A stretch of 64,000 bases of DNA from Zancudomyces culisetae HAW-14-8 (lineage: Eukaryota; Fungi; Kickxellomycota), in NCBI GenBank assembly GCA_052426225.1, contig JBNJNM010000015.1, forward strand, positions 744,001 through 808,000. Direction: 5' to 3'. A model generated the notes under the pieces. That model saw nothing but the letters and a program-made list of their open reading frames with translations. It searched no databases and had not been told where the DNA came from. Shown in pieces: positions 13,701 to 25,441 of this stretch. Positions within the stretch are counted from its first letter, which is position 1; each line of letters starts with the position of its first letter. The translations under genes were made by a program, and so were the position numbers.

Positions 13701-15130
13701 TGTTCACTAAAAAATAAATGCATATTCCTGACCGAACCTTTTCGATAAGAGTATAGAAAAGTGAATAACCCGTCATTACCCATCTCCCTTTGCCCACCCC
13801 CCCTCTACTATGTTTAGTAAACAAAGAGCAAAGGGTCGGTATGTGAAAATTAGTAGCTATAAATTCCGCATGTTATCCTTTACTCCGCCAGTACTGCGCT
13901 TTATAGGAAATGAATACCACTTCATATTATATGCATCCGATAACTTTAAATTCTTTTGTTTGGGGAGAGGGGAGGGGGTATACTTGTATACCTTATTTGT
14001 AACACGTTTCTATACCCATGTGTTTAATAAATCAGTTAAGCATGTATGTAGAGACTTTCAAACAAGAAAAAAAAACCTCCTGCTAATGTTACAAGTTTCA
14101 AATGATTGTCGGTCTTTTTTTTGAATACTCATAAACTAGTCATCGATGCAGATTGATGTGGCTCGAGTAGATTTGCTTTTCTATACCAGTTAACAATCTT
14201 ACCACAATTTCGTCGTTAAATCCACCTCTACTTGTTGGAAATTGAAATCCATCTATTTAGGCAGCGCACGTACATATGACGTTTAATGATAGTTAACCCT
14301 GTTGTGAAATGCTACTACATTTATTTCGGCTTATTTCATTCGTTTAATTGATGCAGGCTGTAGTTCATGTTGTTAAATAAATTACTACCATCGCTTTGAT
14401 TCATTTTTTGTAACGCGACTTTTTAATATCATCAAGTTCCGGATAACATTCTCCAGTTTAGTGGTTATCAGAAGTAAAAGAGTACACGAATAAGCATCAT
14501 TTATATATTTATCAGTTAATTGAAAGTTTACTGTTATAAAGGATGTGTTCCTGCAATAAGGTAATGGCACAAGCTCCAAGTTTGTTTTTTTTTTCATTCT
14601 TTTTTTGGCAATTTCACAGACTATGAAATCCTAATGTATTGTAACCAGAAATTTACTGTTATCTAGAGCGAATCAAATCATGTACAAGCTCAATTATAAT
14701 CGCCCATAAAACTGAAAGGTTTTTTGTTGACAAAAAGGGCTTTGGGCTTTGTAACACATCATTTCTGGGTGCTTTTTATGTCCCTGGTTTGTAATCCAAC
14801 ATCTCCAAAAACAGAAATTGATTTTTTTAAATCCAGATATAAGCTGGGCGTGAGTACATACCACCATTAAAACAACCACAAGATACAGCCAGTTCGTAGA
14901 AAAGAAATAGTAATTAGCTTATATAACAAGAGAGGTGGACTATCGCATACCCAAGGAAGATAATTCAGCATATGATATCCCTAATAACAAACGATGTGTG
15001 CCTTGAAGCAGTATTTTGTAAGTTATGTGAATAATTATGAAGTGACTTTTTTTTGTTAAATCTGTTTGCGATAAGCATCTAATACAGCTAAGCTAAAAGA
15101 ATCACACTAAACGGGGGTTTGTAACATATA

Positions 15131-16180
15131 CTACAGCTTTCTATTTTTCCTCATATCACTATCACAATTTGTAAAAAAGTTGTTGCTAAAAGGCGTAGGA
15201 GTAACAAAGGAGTAATTACTAAATAAAGGGGGTTGGTTTTGCATGACATTGCCACCAACACTACCATCTATATTTATCTGTGTTTGTGTTAGCTGTGGAT
15301 AATTGTTTTCTCTAGATAAATTGGAATCGAATGAGGTTTCGACTGGGAAAAAGTTAAGGCGAGTACTGTCCATACCAGTATTGTTTACATTGTTGTTGTT
15401 ACTGCCAATAATATCCCCGCTATTGTGTACATTATTATTCATATTGTTTGTATTATTTCCAGGAATGGTACGTGTATCTGAATAAACCTCCTGGTTTGGT
15501 AAAGCGACCAAATGTGGTTGATGTGATGGATGAGACGGATAAGATAGATGGGATGGATAAGATGGATAAGATGGATGCATAAATGTGTAGCTCTGGTTCA
15601 AAAGGCTAGTACTAAAACCCAACAACTCTGCAGTTATTGGATCATTATCTGTGCCACCAGTAAAAAATCCAGGAAAGTCTTGTCCATGAGCCACCTCAGC
15701 GCTTCGCTTTTCATCCTCAAATGGATCACTTTCTCTTATAGGAGCCATGATATTGGTGCTACAATCGCTGATGTAAACTGTTTTATTATCAGGTTCGTCT
15801 TTTGAGGCAGAAAGCGTGCTTTTGGTTGGAGTTTCTTGCTTTTTCCTGAATAAAGTATCCATCTTATGATCAAGTACATGCTTCTTTTTATCAATGGCGA
15901 CATCTTTTTTTGATGAGTTGCTCTTTAAGGTTCTTTTTTCTATAGCCCTTCTATTTTGAAACCAAATCTGAATTTGACGACTAGACATATCCAAAACTCT
16001 AGCTAGCTCATTTCTCTGCTTTGGAGTGGGCTTTTTTGTAGTAGCATAAGCCTCAAGGAGAAGAGCTAGCTGCTTATCTGTCGTTCTTTTTCTCTTTTTT
16101 GTTTCACGGGCACTGTTATTAGCTTCATAAAGACTACCTTTTTCCTTATCGTAGGTACAGTGTACAAATTTCAGTAACAT
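15131..16180 (-). CDS. homeodomain transcription factor
   Basis: KRKRTT..QL..L...Y...KP...R.ELA..L.MS.RQIQIWFQNRR near the N-terminus; low-complexity C-terminus with PS(Y/H) repeats. Confidence 0.9.
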   Translation of the reverse strand: MLLKFVHCTYDKEKGSLYEANNSARETKKRKRTTDKQLALLLEAYATTKKPTPKQRNELARVLDMSSRQIQIWFQNRRAIEKRTLKSNSSKKDVAIDKKKHVLDHKMDTLFRKKQETPTKSTLSASKDEPDNKTVYISDCSTNIMAPIRESDPFEDEKRSAEVAHGQDFPGFFTGGTDNDPITAELLGFSTSLLNQSYTFMHPSYPSYPSHLSYPSHPSHQPHLVALPNQEVYSDTRTIPGNNTNNMNNNVHNSGDIIGSNNNNVNNTGMDSTRLNFFPVETSFDSNLSRENNYPQLTQTQINIDGSVGGNVMQNQPPLFSNYSFVTPTPFSNNFFTNCDSDMRKNRKL

Positions 16181-16929
16181 TTTTTCTTTTCTAGACTACC
16201 TTATATTGCGAAAGAATCTAACCTTATATGGTTACAAGCTATTCTGTTTACTGGTTCAGCCTCGCTAGAAAGTATAACCTTAGGCATATGTTTGTTATGG
16301 AGGGTTTTATATAAAAAGAAGAATCAAAACCGGCTGAGTATTCCAGGTAGATCTTAAGCTTTTTATAGGCGCTTGGAAATGATTAACCAATTTTCAACTT
16401 ATTTTTTTTATTGTGACACTTTGATCTCTTTTGACACCACCACATGTCAAGTGGACGGGTTCGGTTTCACTCTTGTTTTTGTTTACTGTTATTAATCCTC
16501 TCACATTTAATGGCTTGATGCCAACATACCGCTTATTCTGGAATTATTTGCAATGTATAATATATATTTGAATGGTTACTGAAGAAAAAAAAGATATGAA
16601 TCTTATTAGTGGTGTTTAGATAATCTAATTAATGCTCTGCAAATTAATTAAACACGCGTACTGGCCATTTGTTGATTATATTTCCCAGCCAACCATCATT
16701 AGTAAGGTTGTTTGTTACAAGAGGTAAACCCAAAGATCTATTGTCACATAAATTTTCCAGGTTTAAGTAACAAAGCTAGCTAAGCCTGTGTCACGCAGAG
16801 TAAAGAACCCGTCAAGACATAGATAACCAAAATATGTAAACCTGTACTTGGATTTAGATCCGAAATAGATGTTGGGTTGGGGAAGGGAGAAGGTGGTCTT
16901 TGTACACAGCTCAATCTATTTTTTTTGGC

Positions 16930-16987
16930 TTCCCCCTTCCTCCTCCCTCCTCCCTCCTCCCCCCCTCTCCCTCTCCCTCTCCCTTTC
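16930..16987. repeat. C/T polypyrimidine tract (CCCTCT/CCT units)
   Basis: Direct reading. Confidence 0.7.
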
Positions 16988-17518
16988 GCTGCAACCATAG
17001 TAGAAGCTGTACCTGAGAGATTCTACCTGGGTGCACATGTAGGTCTATTTGCTTGCCGATAAGTTTACAAGTATGATTTGAGGCTGATCGCTTTCCTGCC
17101 CTTATTATCATTTTTTCTGGCTAGGATGGTGTCTTTTCATCTCCCGGCTGAGTAATGCAAAAAGTTTTTCCTGTAGTTATTTAAATGCAATTACACAATC
17201 TGGTTCATATTACAAAATGCCACAATTACTGTTAAATTTCAACCGCTCCTTTAGCATTTTCAAATTGTTATTCAAATTAAATCGCTGACATTTAAATAAT
17301 GATTGAAATACTAGTGAAAAGTTGTTACATAAAAAGTTGGTGCGACAAAAACATCCCCTTCCCCCCTTCCCCCTTTTTCATCATTTTCATCGTTTTTGTC
17401 GTTTTCATCGTTTTCATCGTTTTTACCCCTTCCCCCCTTTCACTTCTTCCTCCTTTCCCTATTTTTGTTGAACTTGGGCACATGATATTACAAATTATCA
17501 GCTTTAATCAACTAGCCA

Positions 17519-17560
17519 AGAACAAAAACAAAAACAAAAACAAAACAAAAACAAAAACAC
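17519..17560. repeat. (AAAAAC)n simple repeat
   Basis: Direct reading. Confidence 0.75.
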
Positions 17561-18274
17561 AGATAAAATACTATCAACTAATGGTGGGTATCGTTATCTC
17601 TGACTATGAAAGTTTTATCATACTTTTATTGTACCACGATTATAACACCACTTTGTAATTACCAGGCTTATAATATTTGCTGTTTCCAAGGAAAACCTCG
17701 GAAACATATGTTGTTAGTAGATGTGTGCCCTTATTTTTTAACTCATGGGTCAACACAACTGATAAGGAAAATCCGGATAGCGTAGCCTTCTCTTAAGTAT
17801 CTTTGTGTTTTACTAAAATATGTATACTATGGTATACTGCTAGCATTAGATCAAGAACAATAGGGTAAGTTGACTTTGAGAACCCAAATATCTCGTCCCT
17901 ATTTTTTTCGTTTCGAATAAAGCACTGTACTTATGCATATGAACAACCAATGACTTTTTACCAATATTGCTTTCTCAAATAATCTGTGATTGGTAGAGAT
18001 CCCCGAGCACACTATTCTTAACTATTTTGAATATTTAAGGTAGGTAATAATCAAGAATCAGTTCATTGCATCCTACATCCTACATCCTACATTCTACCAA
18101 AGATTTAATAACAGTTGATTTAATAACTCGTTAAACAAACCTAATACACGTTTAAAACGTTGTTTACGTTTCATGGTAATTAAACCGAAAAAGGAAAGAT
18201 CTTGCTCTTTTTAAACAGATATATTTTGCTTATTAAAAGTGCATTATAATGTTTGACATGCTAATAATAGTAAT

Positions 18275-18330
18275 AGTAACACTAACACTAATACTAATAC
18301 TAATACTAATACTAATACTAATACTAATAA
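18275..18330. repeat. (TAATAC)n microsatellite
   Basis: Direct reading. Confidence 0.8.
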
Positions 18331-21310
18331 TTACATATTAATTGGTCAAGATATAGATATTCTGCATTCAAATGTTGCAGAGAAGCATTTTTTTTCAATT
18401 TTTCACCTTTAAATATTTTTAAAAAAGCGAAAAAGGAAAACCAAATTACCTTAGCGATATTATAAAGAGATCATACTCGTTTGTCAAAGGCATGTATTCA
18501 AATGAGATGGTAGGTTCCTTGATTAAAATATAGAGAAAAGAGAGGTCACAACATAAATCCAGCAATGTTTAACCTCAAAAGCATTTACACTGACTTATCT
18601 ACTAGCATCATATCTTTTATTCCATATGCTAACACTACAATAAGTGTTCCTGAATTAAAGGATAAATAGTGTGTATTGGTCTTATGTTTCCTCCAATAAG
18701 GGGTTTGGCGTGAAATCTTGGTTTATAAACTGCCAGATTAAAATTCATGCCCTTTTAAAGCGAATAAACGCCTTTCAACTAAAAAAAGATTTTCACGATA
18801 AAATTTGCAAACAGTATAAAGATAAGGAGTGTATGTGTGGTATAGGATTCAAATAGTTGTATATCATTTAAAGATGAGAATCTTACACAAGATGCTCATA
18901 CCAAAGTTACAAATCTATATACCTCTGCAAATTTTGCAATCTAGACAAACAACTGAATACTTTCTACCTCTTTTCACCAAAAAAATACTTGGTGAGATGA
19001 CTAGGCTTATTTTAAAAGAAATAAAACGACGGGGCTCAGTCAATGAACACAGACTCAACTATTTATCACTTGCGATATTTACATAATCGCTTTTTTTCTA
19101 GGCACTAATCTTGAGATGAAATACTAGTCATAGTGGGCGCATTTTCTAGCTCGAATGTATTATTTACTTTTCGTTTTGCTTTTTGAATTTGGAGCGCACT
19201 GAACGATGGATATGATTAGCTTGGACTTTTTTGTGGTTTTATCATTCTTTGCTGTACACAGGATATCACATAGGTTGAAAGTAGGTTTTACTAGAAACAA
19301 TGGCAGCCTTGTATAACTACTTTGCATCCCTAGCCATAATCGAGAATCAAACTAGAACACACGTATATAATATGAACAATTCACCTCGTAGCTATTGACA
19401 ACGTGCTACCTTCCTTCCAGTATATATTTTTCGGTCTCGCAGAAACAAAAGGTGTCAGATAAAGGGGTGGATGCGGGGTGGATGCAGGCTGGATAAATAA
19501 ATAAAAACTTAATTATTCTCAAGCTTTGTAAGCTTAAGAAAGGATAGCCTTTTACTTTTCCTACTTTAGCTAAGTAGAGTATAGTAATTTTAAAGTCAAA
19601 ATCCCTATGGGATTATTGCCTGCTGTGTGTTATTGCAGAAATTTCGTAATGGCCAGTGAGTACAAAAAATGACGATTTCCTATTAAATTTGTTGTAGACA
19701 GTCAAGTATATGCGTATAAAATACGGTTAAGGTCGCTGTGAGGGTATATAGTTGGGATATCGATCGATAACAGGTTTATAAAACGTATAAATGATACAAA
19801 AAAAAAGTGACGTAAAACTAGTTAGATGAAGCACAATTATTATTCATATATTACGAATGAGACGCTTCCCCCGTGTTTACCAAGTCATGTGTAACGCAAA
19901 ATGCCATGGCATAAATGGTCGTAAGCATGAAGATATCAAAGTCTACAACTAGCAGGAAATTTAGTGGATGGGGAGGTTAATTCTAACTCCTTTTTGTGAT
20001 ATCAAAAATAGGTTTTCTGGGATAGCTTAATCTCTCATTTTCATCAGGTTGATAGAGATAGCTAGTCTGGTGTGTGGGTAGAAGACTTAAGAAGTTAGAA
20101 TTCCGTTTTTATTAACTGGGCTAACACGTTATAATTGAAAACATTCAATTAAGCGATTTTATCAGTTAAAGTAAAAAACAACTTTCCCAAAAGGCGGAAA
20201 CAAAACCAAGTTTGGCTTAGGTATCTAAATCACTCGATAATAGTATTTTCCGCGAGGTCAAGAATATCACGTGTGGTTGGGGATATCATTTTTTTATTTG
20301 CTGGGATATTCCGAGGATTGACATCTATATTTACATTCTTCTCTCGCAAAAATAAATAGCACTTAAGGCTCGTATTTCTAATTTATTGTAATGCTATGGA
20401 GCTTTGGAGATATATTTCATGCTGTTCCAAAAAAAATTATACTCATTGTATGTTGTTAAAACAAGTCATTTAGGCTGAACTGTGTGGCTAAAACAAGTAT
20501 TGGAGGCCAAGTTATAGTGTAAAAGCAAATCATGGGCCAATTATGCTCTAGCAATTCAACCATGAAAAGTTCACAAGGGTTCGAAACAGGAGTAAGCTGG
20601 CTAACGAACCAAATTGGCTTTACGGGTTTTGTTGCTTTCCACCTATACGGTTTGAGAATGTCCACAGGTTTAGGAGAAAACTATTCGTAATTAGGAGTCA
20701 TCAACATACAAAAATTTCTTATCGATTTAATATTTAAAGAGCCGGAAAACGTATGAGCCTTGTTTGCGAATTAGTTGTTTCGGAACTGAGCACATTTGCG
20801 ATTGAAAATAAAGGGCATGTGCGAATGCAGATCAATTTCTAGAACAATTGCGTTTGCGAACACAATTCTCTATAAACTGTTGGCTCAAATATCACGTATG
20901 AATACTTAGTACAGAAAAAAGAGTTATTGATAACAATGAGGTGGATTGATTAAAATAGACGCAAACACCAAAAATGAAGAAAAAAAAAGAGCTTGTTCTG
21001 GAGTTTAAAATTGAAAAAGCGGAGATGCTGATATTTTTGCAAGCAAAAAAATTTTTTTGTTGGGTTTGAAGAATTTTAACAGACAAAACTAGAGAGTGTA
21101 TCCAATAAAAGAATAGAATTGTGATTGGAGATACAGAAAATCTACTGAAAAAAAGCGTAAATCAAAAAGCTAGTTTGTATATTAGTGTAGCGAAAACGTA
21201 CAAGTATATAAATAAAACAACAGCAGCAATAGCAGCCAGGTCAAGCACAAAAAACCCAGGTTTTTAGTTTAAACAGCAATCAAAAGATTTGTACACTAAT
21301 AAGGTAGAAA

Positions 21311-23584
21311 ATGGCGTATGCACTTAGAAAAGAGGTGATGTTGGGATCTACGACAAAGACCGAAAACAAAGGAAAAATGTGGCCAAGAAATGAAAAGGGA
21401 AAAGCAGTGTATCCTTCAGAGTTATTTGGGGAGAATGTGTTCTCATTCAAACAGATGGCAAAGTGTCTACCAAAACCAACTTTTGCAAGTTTCCTTAAGC
21501 AGAGAAGAGGAAAGAGCAAGTTGGACAAAGCAACAGCGGATGCGATAGCTCATGCCGCAAGAGTATGGGCGATGGATAGGGGTGCAACACACTTTACTCA
21601 TTGGTTCCAGCCTCAAACAGGAACAACAGCTGAAAAGCATGATGCGTTTTTGTCGCTCGTACCTACGTTTATGCAGGGGGGAGATGAGAGCTTTGCGATT
21701 GACGCGCTGTCGGGCTCACAGCTACTCCAATCGGAACCAGATGCTTCGAGCTTTCCAACAGGTGGTATGAGATCGACGTTTGAGGCTCGTGGATACACGA
21801 TCTGGGATACTTCAAGTCCAATGTTTATCCAAGAAGGGCCAAACGGAACTATGGTACTGTATATTCCATCGGTGTTTATTTCATACAATGGCGAGGCATT
21901 AGACGAAAAGACAATTTTGCTCAGGTCAACAGAGGTTATTTCGAAAGCCGCTACAGAATTTTTGGCAACCTTGGAACCAGAACAACATGTTTCACAAGTG
22001 ACCGCCACAGTCGGGCTTGAACAGGAGTTCTTTTTGGTGGATAGGCGAATGTACACATTGAGAAATGATCTAAAGATTACGGGAAGAACACTTGTGGGTA
22101 AACTACCACCAAGACACCAGCAGCTAGAAGACCACTACTTTGGAAAGATTCCAGCGCGTGTACTGAAAACACTAAGCGATCTAGAATTGGATGCAATTAA
22201 GCTAGGAATCCCACTAAAGACAAGACACAACGAAGTCAGCCCAGCTCAATTTGAGATTGCACCAGTATTTGAAGAGGCATCACTCGCAGTAGACCACAAC
22301 TTGTTGACTATGGATTTGCTACACAAAGTCTCACACCGCAATGGGTTGAAGGTGCTATACCATAGCAAGCCTTTTAAGGGAGTTAACGGGTCGGGAAAAC
22401 ACGTAAACTGGTCGTTGTCGACTGATCGCGGTGAAAACTTGTTGGATCCAACTGTGCGACCCGAAAACAACTATCGCTTCTTGTTGATGTTGATGGCTGT
22501 GTTGAAAGGTGTACACGACTATTCATCCTTGCTTCGTGTGGCTATAGCCACGTCAGGCAGTGAGCATCGATTGGGGGCAGCCGAAGCTCCACCAGCGATC
22601 ACCTCTATCTTTTTGGGTGATCAACTTTCTGAAGTTCTTAATGCAGTTGAAGAGCAAAGACCCCTCAAGAACTTTTCAGTGCCTCAATTCCAATCTATCC
22701 GCGTTGGTGGTACTCTTGTAGACCTCAAAGTCGCCCCCTTGCCCAACATTGCGCGTGACTTGACTGATCGTAACAGAACCTCTCCTGTCGCCTTTACTGG
22801 AAACAAATTTGAGTTCCGTGCTCTCGGCTCCAACCAGTCGCCCTCATTTTTGATTGCCATGATTAATGCTGCAGTTTCGGCAGCGCTCAAAGATATTACC
22901 GCCGATCTTAAAGCTGCGCTTGGCTCCAAACCAAAACTTACTGCCGAAGACAAGCTTTCTGTCATTCGCAAGTACATCAATATCACAAAACCAATTCGTT
23001 TTGAAGGAGATAACTATTCGTCCTCTTGGGTAGAGACCGCTGCAGCTCGTGGTTTACCTAACACTCCCGACTGTCCTTCCTCCTACCTTGCGCTCAAAAC
23101 ACCTCAGATCAAGTCCCTTCTTTCTTCCACCCTTCCAATCCTCTCCCCAACCGAACTTGAATCTCGTTTCCACATTCTTAACGAGCGCTACACCAACGAC
23201 CTTCTCATCGAGTCAAACACTCTTCACTCAATTGTCTCTCAACAGGTTCTACCTGCAGCATATTCTTATCGCTCCAAGCTTGCTACTTCTGCATCCGCTC
23301 TCAAATCCATCTCCGCTGACTTTACTCCTGAAAAGTTGGCACTTGACAGCTTTGCCCCCGCACTGATAAAACTTGCCGAAGTTACTGAGCGCCTTGGTGC
23401 TCACATTTCTGAGGTAGAGGCTGAGCACAAATCCGGAACCGTCGAATCTACAGCCGATAAAGCCCGTAAGCTCCTCTACTTTGATCTTCTCGAGGTGCGC
23501 TCTCAATGCGATCTTATCGAAGCCACAATCCCCGACGTTGATTGGCCTATGCCAAGCTATGCTGAAATCCTGTTGACTTTTTAA
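21311..23584 (+). CDS. glutamine synthetase type III (GlnN/GSIII family), intronless
   Basis: 757 aa with GSIII motifs THFTHWFQP, AEKHDAF, EPDASSFP, RSTFEARGYT, HNEV.PAQFE, KPFKGVNGSGKH, RLG..EAPPA and DRNRTSP.AFTGNKFEFRA. TATA-like TATATAAA near 21206. Confidence 0.95.
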   Translation: MAYALRKEVMLGSTTKTENKGKMWPRNEKGKAVYPSELFGENVFSFKQMAKCLPKPTFASFLKQRRGKSKLDKATADAIAHAARVWAMDRGATHFTHWFQPQTGTTAEKHDAFLSLVPTFMQGGDESFAIDALSGSQLLQSEPDASSFPTGGMRSTFEARGYTIWDTSSPMFIQEGPNGTMVLYIPSVFISYNGEALDEKTILLRSTEVISKAATEFLATLEPEQHVSQVTATVGLEQEFFLVDRRMYTLRNDLKITGRTLVGKLPPRHQQLEDHYFGKIPARVLKTLSDLELDAIKLGIPLKTRHNEVSPAQFEIAPVFEEASLAVDHNLLTMDLLHKVSHRNGLKVLYHSKPFKGVNGSGKHVNWSLSTDRGENLLDPTVRPENNYRFLLMLMAVLKGVHDYSSLLRVAIATSGSEHRLGAAEAPPAITSIFLGDQLSEVLNAVEEQRPLKNFSVPQFQSIRVGGTLVDLKVAPLPNIARDLTDRNRTSPVAFTGNKFEFRALGSNQSPSFLIAMINAAVSAALKDITADLKAALGSKPKLTAEDKLSVIRKYINITKPIRFEGDNYSSSWVETAAARGLPNTPDCPSSYLALKTPQIKSLLSSTLPILSPTELESRFHILNERYTNDLLIESNTLHSIVSQQVLPAAYSYRSKLATSASALKSISADFTPEKLALDSFAPALIKLAEVTERLGAHISEVEAEHKSGTVESTADKARKLLYFDLLEVRSQCDLIEATIPDVDWPMPSYAEILLTF

Positions 23585-23986
23585 CTTTTTGACTTTTTTT
23601 ACCCTTTTTTCCGTTTTTTTTCCGTTGAGTGCGTTATTGCCTTTCGATAGCAGTGTTAGTAGCACTGTCGATGTACTCCTGTCACATTACTATGAATAAA
23701 CTACTGATGTTAACTTGATTACTAAATATATAAGGAGGGATTCTGACTATGTAAAAGACAACACATAAAGCTGATCCAGCTTATCAGTTGTTTACCCACT
23801 CAGCCTTTTGTATCGCTTTGTTATTTATTACTGTTTTTATATGTATTTATTTGGCATTCCAGCAGCTGTATTATCCAATATATCAAATTCAATACACTAG
23901 AAGTTTTATAACTAAATTAGTTTATTATACCAAATAAAATGCTTATATGTGTAGTGCCATATTCTGAATTGACACCCGCGAGATAA

Positions 23987-25441
23987 TCAATATGCCTCAG
24001 TTAAAGTGATCGTTGATATAACTGGTAGCGTAATGCATGTCTCATCCTGCTCTTGGCTTGTTTCAGCAGATGTATAGAGTGTCGAGCTTGTTTCAGCATA
24101 ATCACTGCTCTCTGCTTCTTGAGTTGTTATACTTGGTTTTAAGTCAGAAGTTGTAACTGTTGAAGCACAAGTACTTGATGTTACATTTTCTGTGAGTGGG
24201 CTACAATCAGAGGCGGTGACAGTAATTGTTGGTGTAATGGTGATGGTTAATGGAGGAACCGTAACTGGTATACAGTTGGTAGGTTTGATAGGGCCTGGGC
24301 AGCTACAGTCAATGATGGTTGTTTCAGACGGATAAGTTGTAATTGTGGAAGTAGATGTATCTAGTTCAGAAGTTTCAGTGCATGTTTCTACGGATGACGG
24401 TGAAGGTGGTGGTGGTGGTGGGGGTGGAGTTTCAGTGCACGTTTCCACAGATGATGATGGTGGTGGTGGTGGTGGGGGAGTTTCAGTGCACGTTTCCACA
24501 GATGATGATGGTGGAGGTGGAGGTGGAGGAGTTTCAGTGCACGTTTCCACAGATGATGAAGGTGGAGGTGGAGGTGGAGGAGTTTCGGTGCACGTTTCTA
24601 CGGATGATGATGGTGGTGGAGGTGGAGGTGGAGGAGTTTCGGTGCACGTTTCTACGGATGATGACGGTGAAGGTGGTGGTGGTGGTGGGGGTGGAGTTTC
24701 AGTGCACGTTTCCACAGATGATGAAGGTGGAGGTGGAGGTGGAGGAGTTTCGGTGCACGTTTCTACGGATGATGATGGTGGTGGAGGTGGAGGTGGAGGA
24801 GTTTCAGTGCACGTTTCCACAGATGATGATGATGGTGGTGGTGGCGGTGGAGTTTCAGTGCACGTTTCTACGGATGATGATGGTGAAGGTGGTGGCGGTG
24901 GTGGTGGAGGAGTTTCAGTGCACGTTTCCACATATGATGATGATGGTGGTGGTGGTGGTGGAGTTTCAGTGCACGTTTCCACAGATGACGATGATGGTGG
25001 TGGTGGTGGAGTTTCAGTGCATGTTTCTACGGATGATGATGGTGAAGGTGGTGGCGGTGGTGGTGGAGGAGTTTCAGTGCACGTTTCCACAGATGATGAT
25101 GATGGTGGTGGTGGTGGAGGAGTTTCAGTGCACGTTTCCACAGATGACGATGATGGTGGTGGTGGTGGAGTTTCAGTGCATGTTTCTACGGATGATGATG
25201 GTGAAGGTGGTGGCGGTGGTGGTGGAGTTTCAGTGCACGTTTCCACAGATGATGATGATGGTGGTGGTGGTGGAGGAGTTTCGGTGCACGTTTCCACAGA
25301 TGATGATGGTGGTGGAGGAAGGCCTGTGGTACATGAAGTTTCTTGTATTCCCGTGCTATCAGGCTGATACTCTGCTGCGACAAGTGCGGAGGGTATCAAG
25401 CACATCGCCCCTATAAATAATCGATATTGTGGTATTTTCAT
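23987..25441 (-). CDS. secreted Pro/Ser/Thr/Cys tandem-repeat (extensin/mucin-like) protein
   Basis: ATG 25441, signal-like MKIPQYRLFIGAMCLIPSALVAA, 18 copies of P(4-8)-S(2-4)-VETCTET, Thr-rich tail. Confidence 0.85.
   Translation of the reverse strand: MKIPQYRLFIGAMCLIPSALVAAEYQPDSTGIQETSCTTGLPPPPSSSVETCTETPPPPPPSSSSVETCTETPPPPPPPSPSSSVETCTETPPPPPSSSSVETCTETPPPPPPSSSSVETCTETPPPPPPPPSPSSSVETCTETPPPPPSSSSVETCTETPPPPPPSSSYVETCTETPPPPPPPPSPSSSVETCTETPPPPPPSSSSVETCTETPPPPPPPPSSSVETCTETPPPPPPPSSSVETCTETPPPPPPPPSPSSSVETCTETPPPPPPPPSSSVETCTETPPPPPPPSSSVETCTETPPPPPPPSSSVETCTETPPPPPPPSSSVETCTETPPPPPPPPSPSSVETCTETSELDTSTSTITTYPSETTIIDCSCPGPIKPTNCIPVTVPPLTITITPTITVTASDCSPLTENVTSSTCASTVTTSDLKPSITTQEAESSDYAETSSTLYTSAETSQEQDETCITLPVISTITLTEAY
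24372..25318. repeat. coding minisatellite, 18 units of about 48-60 bp
   Basis: Recurrent GTTTC(A/G)GTGCA(C/T)GTTTC core with variable (GGT/GGA)n and (GAT)n. Confidence 0.95.

Noticed and set aside
18480-19090. Possible LINE 3' (zinc-binding) relic
   Set aside because: Only a vague Trp/Cys pattern; cannot be supported by eye
24345-25416. Two long plus-strand ORFs (poly-G/D and poly-V/M), and a CRISPR-like look of the array
   Set aside because: These are antisense shadows of the coding repeat; the 'spacers' are microsatellite variants, with no cas genes and a eukaryotic context
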